Below, in pieces: positions 1 to 12,097 of a stretch of DNA of 64,000 bases; the first letter of the stretch is position 1; every line of letters begins with the position of its first letter. Where the stretch lies: the NCBI RefSeq assembly GCF_006345805.1, contig NC_043000.1, positions 162,440,001-162,504,000 of the forward strand, given 5' to 3'. The DNA is from Octopus sinensis (Eukaryota). The notes beneath the pieces were generated by a model. The model searched no databases. It worked only from the letters and a program-made list of their open reading frames with translations, and was not told the DNA's origin. The position numbers and the translations under genes are program-made.

Positions 1-264
1 GAAGTGAAGATAATGAAGAGAAATGGAGAGGCTGGGGGAAAATTGTAATTGATAAAGATGCAGGAAAACGGAAATGGTAAATGGTGGTAAGAGTCTGATA
101 TAGAGAGGATGAGAGTGAAACGAAGAATAAAGTATTAGAAATATAGATTGAAGGGATAAGGAGGAGAAAAAGAGTAAAGATATAAGACAAAAAGAGGAAG
201 GGAAAATGTGAAAGACTCAAAGAAAAAGAGCAGTTGATATCATGAAAGAGAATAAGAAGTCAAA

Positions 265-1010
265 CTGGCAGAAGGCTGAGCGGCATTTCGTCCGTCTCTG
301 CGTTCTGAGTTCAAATTCCGCCGAGGCTGACTTTGCCTTTTATCCTAGGGTCGATGTAATCGACTTATCCCCTTCTCCGAAATTACTTGTCTCGTGTCAA
401 AATTTGAAACCACTATTATGAGAGAGAATAAGGCGGCGAGCTGGCAGAATCGTTAGCACGCCGGGCGAAATGCTTGGCAGTATTTCGTCTGCCGCTACGT
501 TCTGAGTTCAAATTCCGCCGAGGTCGACTTTGCCTTTCATCCTTTCGGGGGTCGATTAAATAAGTACCAGCTATGCACTGGGGTCGATATAACCGACTTA
601 ATCCTTGTGTCTGTCATTGTTTGTCCCTTCTGTGTTTAGCCCCTTGTGGGTAGTAAAGAAATAGGTATTTCGTCTGTCGTTACGTTCTGAGTTCAAATTC
701 CGCCGAGGTCGACTTTGCCTTTCATCCTTTCGGGGTCGATTAAATAAGTACCAGTTACGCACTGGGGTCGATATAATCGACTTAATCCGTTTGTCTGTCC
801 TTGTTTGTTCCCTCTGTGTTTAGCCATTTGTGGGCAGTAAAGAAATAGGTATTTTGTTCGTCTTCATGTTCTGAGTTAAAATTCCACTGAAATCAATTTT
901 GCTTTTCATCTTTTCAGAGTCGATGAAATAAGTACCAGTTACGCACTGGCGTAGATGTAATCGACTTTCCTCCTCCCCTGAAATTGCTGGCTATGTGCCA
1001 AAAATATCAA
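265..1010 (+). mobile_element. Cluster of four tRNA-derived SINE copies/bodies (family A)
   Basis: Head GGCGGCGAGCTGGCAGAATCGTTAGCACG at ~432. The block TTCTGAGTTCAAATTCCGCCGAGGTCGACTTTGCCTTTCATCCTTTCGGGGTCGAT recurs at ~303, 500, 686 and 870. The core resembles the Meta-SINE domain (from recall). Confidence 0.8.
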
Positions 1011-1061
1011 TATTATGAGAGGGAGAGAGAGAAAGAGAGTTAGATAAACAGGAGAATAATA

Positions 1062-1325
1062 AGCATTATTTACATTATTTACATTCAACGGATATTTGTC
1101 CTCATCTTGTTTGTTGTTAACACAACATTTCGGCTGATATACCCTCCAGCCTTCTTCAGGTGTCTTGGGGAAATTTCGAACCTGGGTTCTCATTCCTAAG
1201 GTGTTTTCCGATGTTGCTGTTGTTATTATTATTATTATTATATTATTATTCACGTCACTGCTTGGAATCGAACTCGGAATCTTGGGTGTTAGTAGCCCGC
1301 GCTCTTAACCACTATGCCATATGCG
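1062..1325 (-). mobile_element. tRNA-headed SINE-like element with (AAT)n linker and hammerhead-containing tail
   Basis: Minus strand: A-box TGGCATAGTGG (1309-1319), B-box GAGTTCGATTCC (1264-1275), (AAT)n ~1222-1250, HHR motif 1120-1163, tail ending GTAAATAATGTAAATAATG. Confidence 0.7.
1120..1163 (-). ncRNA. Minimal type I hammerhead ribozyme motif
   Basis: ACAC-CTGAAGA-A-GGCTG-GAGGGTATAT-CAGCC-GAAA-TGTT-GTGT. Helix I ACAC/GTGT, helix II GGCTG/CAGCC. GAAATGTT is probably a decayed GAAACGTT. Confidence 0.65.
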
Positions 1326-1600
1326 TCTAGCGGAGCGGTGTTAGCTTTAAGGTTGTATCCTGTAAAATTTATAGTTTAGCGTCTGACCTGTTCATTGTCG
1401 GCTTTTAAATAATCAGAACGACCTAATAAAATCAACACGACTCATCTTAATATTTCTTCTCTCTCTTCTTTGACTTTATGTTTTTACCATTTTAAAAAAT
1501 TCGTTATATTAATGTATTTGTCTGCATGCGTTTACTTTATGCGTACTTCAGTATCATGTATACCTACCATGCATTTATGTACATCATTAATATATAAATA

Positions 1601-1710
1601 GTGGAGGCGCAATGGCCCAGTGGTTAGGGCAGCAGACTCGCGGTCATAGGACCGCGGTTTCGATTCCCAGACTGGGCGTTGTGAGTGTTTATTGAGCGAA
1701 AACACCTAAT
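1601..1710 (+). mobile_element. 5' part of tRNA-derived SINE (family B)
   Basis: A-box TGGCCCAGTGG and B-box-like GGTTTCGATTCC. The same head occurs at 16213 (+) and 47782 (-). Confidence 0.75.
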
Positions 1711-2294
1711 TCAGAATTCGAACAGAATGTCAAATTATCTGCATCACCCAGAGTTTCTTTGTTCTACGATATCACTTTCAGTTCCTGCTAACTGGGCTAA
1801 ATTTCGGTGAAGATGTTGAAATATGAAGCTAACAGTTTAAGAAATACTCCTAATTAAAATTTGTTATGAATAGAATTAACCTAGTGAAATCATAAATTCC
1901 AGCTATCTGAGTGAATGAGCCTCTAAAATATATGAAGTGAAAAATATGTAAAAATACTAAGTGTGAAAAAATCAACATAGACAACAGTGGCACAGACAAC
2001 AGCGAACCACAACAAAGCGTGCGGTTGTCATGGTAACAAGCTGCTAATGCGGTCTGTTGATTGGCTAAAATTACCCAATTTCCAAACTTTAATGCGAAAT
2101 AGCACCAGATTCTTTAATTTATATAAGATACACTAAAATTGAAAGCTATTTGAGCAAAATTAAAGGGGGCATATTTTGCGAATGAGAAAAACTAGATCCT
2201 GTTTATAAGTTCTTGGAATTGTTTATCTCAGGTTTCGGGCAATTGTGAAAATTCTTCTTGACAAGTTGAAAAGTATATTGATTTTAAGTATGCT

Positions 2295-2378
<84 letters not shown>

Positions 2379-3002
2379 ATACCTACATACATATGTGCGT
2401 GTGCATTTATATTTATATACACACATACACACACACATATTCGAGTTTGTATGATGATGGTGATAATAATAAGTACTACTGTTATTACAGTCTACCACCG
2501 CCACCACTAACAACAACAATAATGAAGGGGACGGTGAGGATGGTAGTAGCTTTGACCATATGAACATTGACTCCAATTAGAATTTCTGGAATGATAACAA
2601 TAGAACTTAATGAAAACAGGAATGTTTTTTTTTTACAACATTCCAAAATATAGCCAGACAATTATTCATTTAGCAGCGGTCGAAGTAAAGAATCCTTGAC
2701 ATTTCCACCAAACCGTGACGTCTAAGACACATACCGATTGGTCGAAATATATTTAGAACTTAGTTGGCGCGCGCACCAGCCTATGACATGTAAGTCCCAT
2801 GCTAGTTAGTCAAAATACAGATAATAAGATTCAACCTACTGGAGCCTATTGGAGGATCATTTAAAGGATAAGTCTAACTATTTCACTACAGTTGCCAATT
2901 TTAGAACACAACTCTCACTACATAAACCTGATGATTGCTGGTTTCTTTCAATATTGTAAAATTATAAAAATTGCAAATAATAAAACGTGAAAATCAAACT
3001 TA

Positions 3003-4266
3003 GATGGCTCATCCCATAAATAATGCGGTTTTTTCAAATGTATGAACTAAAAGTTCAAACGGGATAAACTAACTGCATCAACTTGCTATAAAAACAGGTA
3101 GTAATTTTACTTTGTACTTATTCTTAGTGCAAGTTTTGAAAAGTGCAATTCAATTTTAACAATTATTTTTTCAAAGATATAATAGAGGTGACAAAGGAGC
3201 ATATTCGGAATATTTTGCTTTATGAGTTCAATTAAGGAAACAACACAACAGAAAGTGCAAGGAATATTAATGCAGTATATGGGTATCGGACAAGAAGCGT
3301 AAGCCAGTGTCATCGGTGGTTTCAGAAATTCCGAACCGGAAGAAGACGAACCTCGTACTGGAAGTTCTGTAGCGCTCAACAAGGACGCCCTGCAAATCCT
3401 GGTGTTGCATAATCCCATCGTAACTGTTGAAGAACTAGCAGAGAAGCTTGGATTTGGTCATTCAACCATCCATCGATAACTGCGTTCTATCGGAAACGTC
3501 AGAAAATGGGGTCAATGGGTTCCTCACAAACTTTCCAACTCAAATTGCGCAGAGAGTGAATGACTGCTCTTCTTTGCTGTCACGTCTCAGGAATGAACCA
3601 TTTGGGGACCAAATAATGATTGGTGAGGAGAAATAGGTTTTCAATAAAAATGTGAAGCGCCGAAGACTGTGGGTAGGGAAAAGAGAAACACCGTCACCCC
3701 AGGCTAAAGAAGGTTTTCACTCACGTAAGGTGTTGTTTGTTTGATGAGATGTACAAGGTTTAGTCCACTTTGAACTTTTAAGCCCAAACCAAACGATAAC
3801 AAAAGAGATCTACTAGAAGCAGCTTGAGCGGCTTAAGTCAGCGCTGGCAGAAAAATGATCAACTTTGGTTTCAAGACGAAAGGTGTTCTTCCATCAGGAT
3901 AGTGATCGACCACATACAGCGAGTATGAGATTCCAAAGGCTTCAACAGTTTGAATGAGAAACAATGTCCCATTCACCATATTCGCCGGACATTGCTCCAT
4001 CTGATTATAATTTATTCCACACTCTTCAAAATCTTTTGGACAGAAAAAGTATGAATTCTGTAGACAAGGTCAGAACAGTAGTGGAGGAGTATTTTTCGTC
4101 ACGGACAAGTGAATTTTGGAAGAGGGCCTTGCAAGTCTACCAGAGATAGATGGAAGAGCATTGTAGAAAATGAAGGAGAGTATATTTTAGATTTAAAAAG
4201 AACTTTATTTTAGTTTCGAAAAATAAAAGAAGTATAAAAAACCACATTATTTATATGATAACCCAG
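3003..4266 (+). mobile_element. Full-length degenerate mariner transposon
   Basis: Imperfect TIRs (..ATCCCATAAATAATGCGGTTTTTT / AAAAAACCACATTATTTATATGATAACCCAG), TA at both flanks, ~1.26 kb. Confidence 0.85.
3182..4195 (+). pseudogene. Mariner transposase pseudogene
   Basis: WVPHKL motif at ~3516 and HSPYSPDIAPSDYNLF in ORF 3964-4149, with multiple stops and frameshifts. Confidence 0.9.
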
Positions 4267-6179
4267 TATATGTATGTATATGTATGTACACACACACACA
4301 CACACACACACATCTCTAAACAGCAGATAAATAAAAGGATTAAAAATATATTACTTTCATATTCCATTTTCGAAGGGAGGCATTCCAGGAACTAACCGAA
4401 AGCGACCAGAGATCAAAATCCCCGGTAAATAGCTAAAATGACAAAGCATGAGGGTCATCCACAAGCTCTTGAAAATTTAGGGTATAGGTAAGAATGATAA
4501 TTGAGATTCTTAGTATAAATTTTCTTCTAATGTTGTGACTAACTGTTGTCTAGTGTTATCTCAGTTAAATGAAAGTCATGGTTATCAAGAAAGAATTTAG
4601 CTGTTATGGGTTTTTTTCGTTTGTTTTTAGATGTGGCATGTCATATCTGAAAGACTGTTGTCGAGTCAATAAAAGTTTATCAGAAGGTATGTAACTGTGG
4701 AATGTCATTGTTTTGTGGGAATATTTATGACCTGCCGAAGAAGAGATGAAAGACTAAGTTGGTACTGCTTTTATTTCAATGTAGAACGTAAACTAATGGA
4801 AATAAGTATTGAATGTTTCAAGAATTTTACTCCCCCTGGCGCTATTTTGACTGGTACCGTAATAATCTAACATCTGCGTAAAAGTATTCCAATAGGAATG
4901 CAGTAACCATAAATCTATTTATTTTATAATTTGCAAAAGTTCCCTAAAGAGAAAGAAATAGTTCTCTTTCGCTTTATTAATTTTCCTAAAATTTCCTGTC
5001 ATTATTTTCTAAGTATTTTATCTTCCGAAAAATCTTTGTATTTGTCACTGCACAGATCTTCATATTGATAGAGTACTGGAATAGTAATGATTATGAGCAC
5101 AAATATTGCCCTGTGGTACTGAAATTCGTATTGATATCGGATAGTTTCGTGTTCAATCTCACTCTTCGGATCATTAAGTTAGTGTCATCGACCCTACCAT
5201 TTTGTTAGTAAAATTTAGCAGACAGGCGTTACGTAGAAGCCCAGCAAGAACCATTCGTGTTCTTAGGTGGCAGGCTTAATCCATCACCTATTTAAACAAC
5301 ATCACCTTGTTGTTGGGTACCTTTAGCAGAGTACAATCTGATTCATGCATTCAGATCAAGCCTCTGCTTAGAATATGAATACAATACCATCTCTTCTTCT
5401 CAACGATCTCGGAGGCATTGACGCTGTCCTCTCATATATCGTTAAAAAACAATCATAATACCATTGTAGATAATTTATCACTAACTTGATTTAATTTAGT
5501 CAACGTAGCTTAAAGGAAGCAATCATAGTGATGCATAAGACTAATTTAACTGGTGCTTTTCAGAGTTATTCTCTACATAATTGAAAAGTCTTTTTTACTT
5601 TATTTAGTGATGTATCTAAATCCCACGCAATGCATGGAGTAGATAAAAATGTATTATCTAAATTACTGAAGTGCTGATCTTGAAAATAAAATAGGTAAGA
5701 TCGTTAGAATTTCGATTTTGTGCTCAGGCTTCGAGGCATAAACTGGTACACAACAAAATAAATATTTTCTGGAATCTTTTAATCAAAGATGTGTGTGTAT
5801 ATATACACACGCACGCACGCACGCACGCACGCACACACGCACGCACACACACACGTACACACACATGTACGCACACACATCTGCAGTCATACGGGCATAC
5901 GTGGGAAGTATTATAGTAAAGGAAACCGAGAGAAACAAGCTTAAAAACCAATTTGAAAAATTCTCCGTCATCAGTTGAATTCATATAACGATTAAATTAA
6001 GAGGTTGTTGTCATTAAGGCCTCTGGGGAGGTGAAAAAAGAGAAATTGACTGTATACAATATTCTACCACTTTCTGTCTCTCTGTTTAGCTGCTTTAAGA
6101 TTAAAAAAAATTGTGGCTGCATTCATTATTCTATCATTCTCTTTCTTCCTACTTTTCTGATTTGGAAAACATTCTAATG

Positions 6180-6345
6180 TGAGACTGCGGTCATGCTGGA
6201 GCACCCCTTGAAAAGTTTTAGACGAACGAATCGAACCCAGTACTTGCCTTTTCTTAAGCCTGATACTTATTCTATCGGTCTCTTTTGCCGAACGGGGGCG
6301 TAAACACACCAACACCGGTTGTTAAGCTGTGCTAGGCAACAATCA
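6180..6345 (-). mobile_element. 3' fragment of SINE family C
   Basis: GACTGCGGTCATGCTGGAGCACC...GTAAACACACCAACACCGGTTG matches the copies at 10510 and 15720. Confidence 0.7.
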
Positions 6346-6479
6346 TCCACACACACATATACATACATACATACATACATACATACATACATACATACAT
6401 ACATACATTATTGGGGCACTCTGATATGTAACACTCTGCCTGAATACCAGTCTTGAGAAATTAGGCTTCTCAAAACCAT

Positions 6480-7480
6480 AAAGGAGAAAGCTGATTCGAA
6501 GACTATAGATCCACTCCATCAATGGAACTGTAAAATTCTGTAAAACTCTCTAAAAGTTGGGTACTATCAAGTAATGTCTCCACTAAATCCTTGTAGTTTG
6601 CAGCCTTTTCACTCCCCGCAAAATCCTTTCACAACTGTTACAAATGAAGCGCATGTTTTTTTTTCTATGTCAGCCATGAAGCTCGAAAAATTCTGGCATT
6701 TCGTTAACTTTCTGATTTGTGGCCCATCAAAAACATCAACCGTTATTTTATCATAACTTAGGCCAGGAAATATACAAATGAATATGAAACAGTTACCTTC
6801 CACATTAAGAACTTTGACAAATTATTTCATTAGCCCTAGTTTAATATGAAGGGATAGAAAGATGATTTTCTCTCGGTCAACAAGTGGCTGGTGTATAATA
6901 TTCTTCTCCCCAACAGTCAAACTTTTCCTAACTGGCCACAGTTTCTGTTCCCAATGTTTTTCTCTCGCTTGGCTATCCTATAAACACAGGAAACACGGGT
7001 ATTTCGTATACCCTACTTGCTGGCCAAGTAAAAACTTGACCATTTTTAGATCTCTACATATGGCCAATCTGTGTTCATCATACTTAAGTAAATCTAATAC
7101 ACCTTTTATGTGATCATAATTCTGTTTTAAGTGTACAGAGTGATCAATAGGAAGCGCACCAAACAATTTTCCTTTATAGAGTAATACACATTTTAGACTC
7201 CTCTTTGAACTATCTATAAAGAGTCTCCGTTCACTAGGATTTAACAGTCCCGCCACGTCACAACAGTAAACAGAATTTTTCCAATTGTAAAGCATGTCAA
7301 AAGACCTTTTTCCTTGTTCTGATAAAAAGTCACGTTTTTACTTTTCTGTAACAAATTCTTCTCTTTAAGCCTCGAAGCTAACAGTTCTGATAACTCTTTT
7401 GACATTCCAAGATCTCCAAGTTCTGCTCGGTTGGAGTTTTCACGTTTCTTGGGATGTTTCTACAAAGTCTATATCACTGT
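6480..7480 (-). pseudogene. Degenerate DNA transposase, Chapaev3/CMC-like
   Basis: RLFIDSSKRSLKCVLL, ICRDLKMVKFLLGQQVGYTKYPCFLC (6978-7295) and VFDGPQIRKL (6609-6803). Superfamily assigned from motif recall. Confidence 0.75.
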
Positions 7481-7569
7481 AATGTTTATGATTGACATCT
7501 ATTAAAATAACTAAATTATTTTTCAGGGAGAACGTACAAAAACCGTAACAACAGAGATTTTTACACACG

Positions 7570-7994
7570 ACTAATCGAAATACACGGAAGACAATTTGTA
7601 GTCAGAAGTTAGTGTGTGAGTTAAAGAGAGAGAGGGTGAAAGAAACAGACATAGACTAAAAGAGAGGAACTATTAAAAAAGGGTGAGAGCGAATATGTGT
7701 AAGACAGATAAATGGGAAAAAGGGAGAGAAGAGAGAAATAAACAGAGAAAGAGAGAGAAAGGGGAGAGAATCGACTGAAAACTCCAGAAGTTTTTAGAGA
7801 AAAACACGTGTAAAACACTGTTTTTCCCGGGTTCTCGTTTAACACGGAGGTCTGGGCAAAATGTTATAGAGCATGACCATCCTTGGCACATAGTAATATG
7901 TGTGTAAAGTTTGGTGAAAATCGGTTAAAAACTGTAGAAATGCATACATACCACACACACAGACACACATACACATCCTTTCTTATATATAGAT
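7570..7994 (-). mobile_element. Non-autonomous Helitron-like element
   Basis: Minus strand begins ATCTATATATAAGAAAGG, then (GT)n and CCGATTTTCACCAAACTTTACACAC, paralleling the start of the element at 31994. The 3' end is approximate. Confidence 0.5.
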
Positions 7995-8770
7995 ATATAT
8001 CCAAGGATGATCCTTATTTTTTGCCTCAACGTAAACGACGCAGACATTCAAATATTCAAAATAGTTTTATTAGTGAAAGAATCAAAGATATAAAAAACAT
8101 TAAAAAAATATGTTCTCACAGCAAATGCAACGTGATAAAATTCAAATTTACGAAGAGCAATCTCGAAGACGGCATCAGATTTCTAAATATGATAAGAAAA
8201 TAATAGTTTCAAATTCTAGTACAAGGCTAACAGTTTTGCAGGGGGAGGGGGGAAGTCAATGACATCGACTGCTGTGCTCAACCGCCATTGTTTTACCGAA
8301 CCCGAAAAGTTAAAAGGAAAGTCAACCTTGGTAGCATCTGAACTGTCAATGTGAAGCCGGAAGAAATGCTGTTAAGCATTTTTCCGTGGTGCTAACTATT
8401 CTGCTAACGAACCCTACAAATCCCGAGCTGCCCTGTTCACTGGGAGAGTACCATGACGAATGCTTCTCTACGCTCCGTACTCTTCAGCCTCTAGGCATGA
8501 GCTTAGAGCTGGCCACCTTACTCGAGCCATCCTATCCACATTCGCCCACCTTTAACAAATTTACAAGGGAGAAGTAAATTCCTTTCTATCCTCACTTTCT
8601 TTTTCAGATGAAATTTTGAAAAGTTAATGAAGCCTTGACCGAAGATGATAATAACATGAATATCGACAACAACAACAACAACAATAACAACGACGACGAC
8701 GTTGATGATGATGATAGGTGTAGAAGTACAAGAAAAAAAGAAAGCTTGAGAGGGGGAGGAGGAGGTGGGA

Positions 8771-8850
8771 GAAGAAGAAGAAGAAGAAGAAGAAGAAGAA
8801 GAAGAAGAAGAAGAAGAAGAAGAAGAAGAAGAAGAAGAAGAAGAAGAAGA
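8771..8850. repeat. (AAG)n microsatellite
   Basis: Direct reading. Confidence 0.95.
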
Positions 8851-9365
8851 AAATTGAAGGACCTTTATTACTAAAACGTTGACAACACCATCACGGTACA
8901 AGTAACAAAGCCACCACATCAAATTCCCTCCGATAAATTTATTAAACAACAATAACATCAGCTCGCGCTATTTTAAGATATTTCTCAAATTCTCAGAGAG
9001 CTTATCTTCTGATAAGATACAGCATCATCCGCAAGGTTAGAAAACAATAAAGGATACATTGCATACATTGTGATGATAAGGGCTTTTTTCACAAGCCTTT
9101 CACCATTAAAAAAAAAAACTTTATTGTGAATATTCTATTATTATTGTACAAGATTTCGTAGGAAGAACTATTTAGACAGAAGATAGTCCGATAGGAAGTA
9201 GATGAATATGGCAACACGACTGGGTTTTTTTTTTTTTGTGTGTGTTAGAGAAGGATGTGAAAACTTACAATAAGAAGAGAAAAAAATATCCAAACCCTGT
9301 CCTTGAATGTTTCTATGAATTTTACACATGTGTGTTTGTGAACGTATATGAAAGGGAAAACAAGT

Positions 9366-9389
9366 ATAATAATAATAATAATAATAACG

Positions 9390-9478
<89 letters not shown>
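9366..9478. repeat. (AAT)n microsatellite
   Basis: Direct reading. Confidence 0.95.
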
Positions 9479-9481
<3 letters not shown>

Positions 9482-10494
9482 GTGGAGAAGGACAGCATAG
9501 CAGATAAAGGAACAAAGAAACGAAAAGATGCTGATGTATGAAGATTTAATGACGTACCATTTATTCATACACACACACACACACACGCACAACACACACA
9601 CATACTATTTTGTGTTGCTGTATATGCGCAGAGACATATTCGTATGTGTGTGTGTGCGTGCGTGCGTGTGTGTGTATGTGTATATAATGTTGTGTGGCAT
9701 GTGGGTGCTGAGTAGAACGGTGTACGAGTGTGTAGGAAGGAGGAGGAGACGAGTGGACGGTGTCTGGTGTATGTGAATGTGTGTAGGGGTAGGTTTCGAT
9801 GAAGAAACTCGACGAGTTAAGACCATTTGGAGCAGAGCAATGAAGTGAGAAAATCAATTCCTGCTCTCGGCGGAGGCGGGAGTCCGAGTGTCTGCTGAGC
9901 GAGGACAGTCCAAACACAACAAAAATGGGATCAGAGAAATAACTCCAAGTGCCCAGGGGCATGTGTATTAACACTATAAACAAATGCAGATATATAAAAT
10001 ACCATACAACATGAATTATTGATTTATTAAAAGTATATCGGCATCTAAAGGATGTTACAGTTACCAAGTGGTAATTTAAAACAGCTCTATAATGGAGAGG
10101 GAAATAATCTCAAGAATGAATATCCCTCCAAAGTTTACTGTGTGCGCGTGTGTCCGTGTTTATGTATGATGTGTTTATAGGTGTGTATATTTTTGTGTGT
10201 GTGAATATGTACAGCTCTATAGATTTTAATGAAAGAAAATTCAATGTTAAAACTACCTGGTGTCTACTGTAAATTTATAAATATGCAAATCTCTATGCAT
10301 GTGATATAAAAGTTTATGTGTGTATGTGTACACTTGAACACATCCAGACACACACACACCACACACACACACACACACCAACACACCAACACACCAACAC
10401 ACTATGTATGTGCATGCCAATGCTTGCACGTTCTTGCAATACGTATATGTGCGTATGTCTTATGTATGGTTGTATATTTTTTTTCTTCTTTTAC

Positions 10495-10680
10495 TTATTT
10501 CAGTGATTTGATGGCGGCCATGCTGGAGCACTGCCTTGAATGGTTTTACTCGAGCAAATCGACCCCAGGACATTAGTACTTACTACATTGGTCTCTTTTT
10601 CCGAACAGCTAATTTACAGGGACGTAAACACACCAACAACGGTTGCCAAAGGGCGATAGCGGGACAAACATAGACACAAA

Positions 10681-10744
<64 letters not shown>

Positions 10745-10920
10745 TATATAAATGTATACGACGGGACTCTTTCAGTTCCCATCTATCAAATCCACACACA
10801 AGGCCTCGATCGGCCCGAAGCTAGAGTAGAAGACACATGCCCAAGGTGCCACACAGGACTGAACCTTGAGCCATGTAGTTAGGAAGCAAACTTCTTACCA
10901 ATTAGCCGCGCATGCGCCTA
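10495..10920 (-). mobile_element. tRNA-derived SINE family C with internal (CA)n
   Basis: Minus head GGCGCATGCGCGGCTAATTGGTAAGAAGTTTGCTTCC...GGTTCAGTCC, then GGCACCTTGGGCATGTGTCTTCTAC. Homologous to 15700-16056 and 11283-11450. Confidence 0.8.
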
Positions 10921-11282
10921 TATGTATGGCTAAAGGGAGTTTAGCATTGTCACTGGTAAAGTTGAAATGGCAATAATGACGCTGTTTGTGAATTTATTTG
11001 TTTTGGTAGCGGTGAGGGTGGGGCAGTGATATTAATAATACTGGTAACATGGGCAGTACTGCCGCTGCTGGATACCAGTGTATAGGCTGAAGTGTTTGTG
11101 ATGAATTGGTTGTGTAATTGTTGGTGAGAATGTCGGTGATGGTACGCTGGTGATGTTTGTAAGTAGCTGAGGCTCCAGATATTGTGTGATGGTACTAGTG
11201 GCAATAGGTAGCGATGGATTCGTGTGTAAGATGTTAGATATGCAGAGACACGGTAGGATTTAATATAAAATGATACTACTTA

Positions 11283-11450
11283 GGCGAAGACATGGCTGTG
11301 TAGATAAAAAGTTCGATTCACAATCACATGGTTTCGAGCTCAATACTGCTGTACAGCATCTTGGGCAAATGTCTTGTATTATAACCCAGATCAACGAATA
11401 AATTGCGAGAAAATTTGATAGACGGAAATTGTATGGAATTCCGTGTGTAT
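11283..11450 (+). mobile_element. Diverged 5' half of SINE family C
   Basis: ATGGCTGTGTAGATAAAAAG...CATCTTGGGCAAATGTCTT...GATAGACGGAAATTG. Confidence 0.6.
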
Positions 11451-12011
11451 CAGAGCTTCAAAACTGAGCACTTGGGGTGATTTAGTCGGTCCAATGAATG
11501 AAATACCTAAAGGAACAAGTACATAATCAGGGAAACACTTAGCAACTGTGAAAGCAGTGATGATATAAGTGTGGGTAAAATTAGATTTTAGGCAAGGTTT
11601 TCCTGCAAGAGTATCCAGTTATAATTTACCTATTTCTGATTTTTTCTCACCCAGTGTGTTTAAATTCAATTTTGCCCACATCTGCCTCAAAACTGACTTC
11701 AGTGTATTTCAAATTTGTCGTGTGTAAATATCTCCCTTTATCGAAAAACGTTGCGCGTGCGGGCGTGCATGCGTACGTATGACCACCGTGGGCCACATGC
11801 AGTCAATAAGCCTTTATTACTAACCAATGAGATTTCAACCACGCCACCGAGCGGTCATGCTTTAGAAAAAAGCTATCCTAAAGCGGCTCAAGTTTTTTCT
11901 CTCAAGATATTTTATTCTAGTGCTTTATACGCTCAAACGGGATTTGCAATTTCTGTTTACAAATTGACTCCCTTGTGTATGTATACACACACACACACAC
12001 ACGCGCGCGCG

Positions 12012-12097
<86 letters not shown>

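Noticed and set aside
1601-1680. Functional tRNA gene (also 16213 and 47710-47782)
   Set aside because: It continues into a shared SINE body and lacks a proper acceptor stem and terminator.
1700-2230. Possible non-autonomous DNA transposon
   Set aside because: It has a repeat-like texture, but I could not define TIRs or a TSD.
2925-2960. CTGATGA followed by TATTGTA as a possible hammerhead
   Set aside because: No complementary helix II or GAAA can be found.
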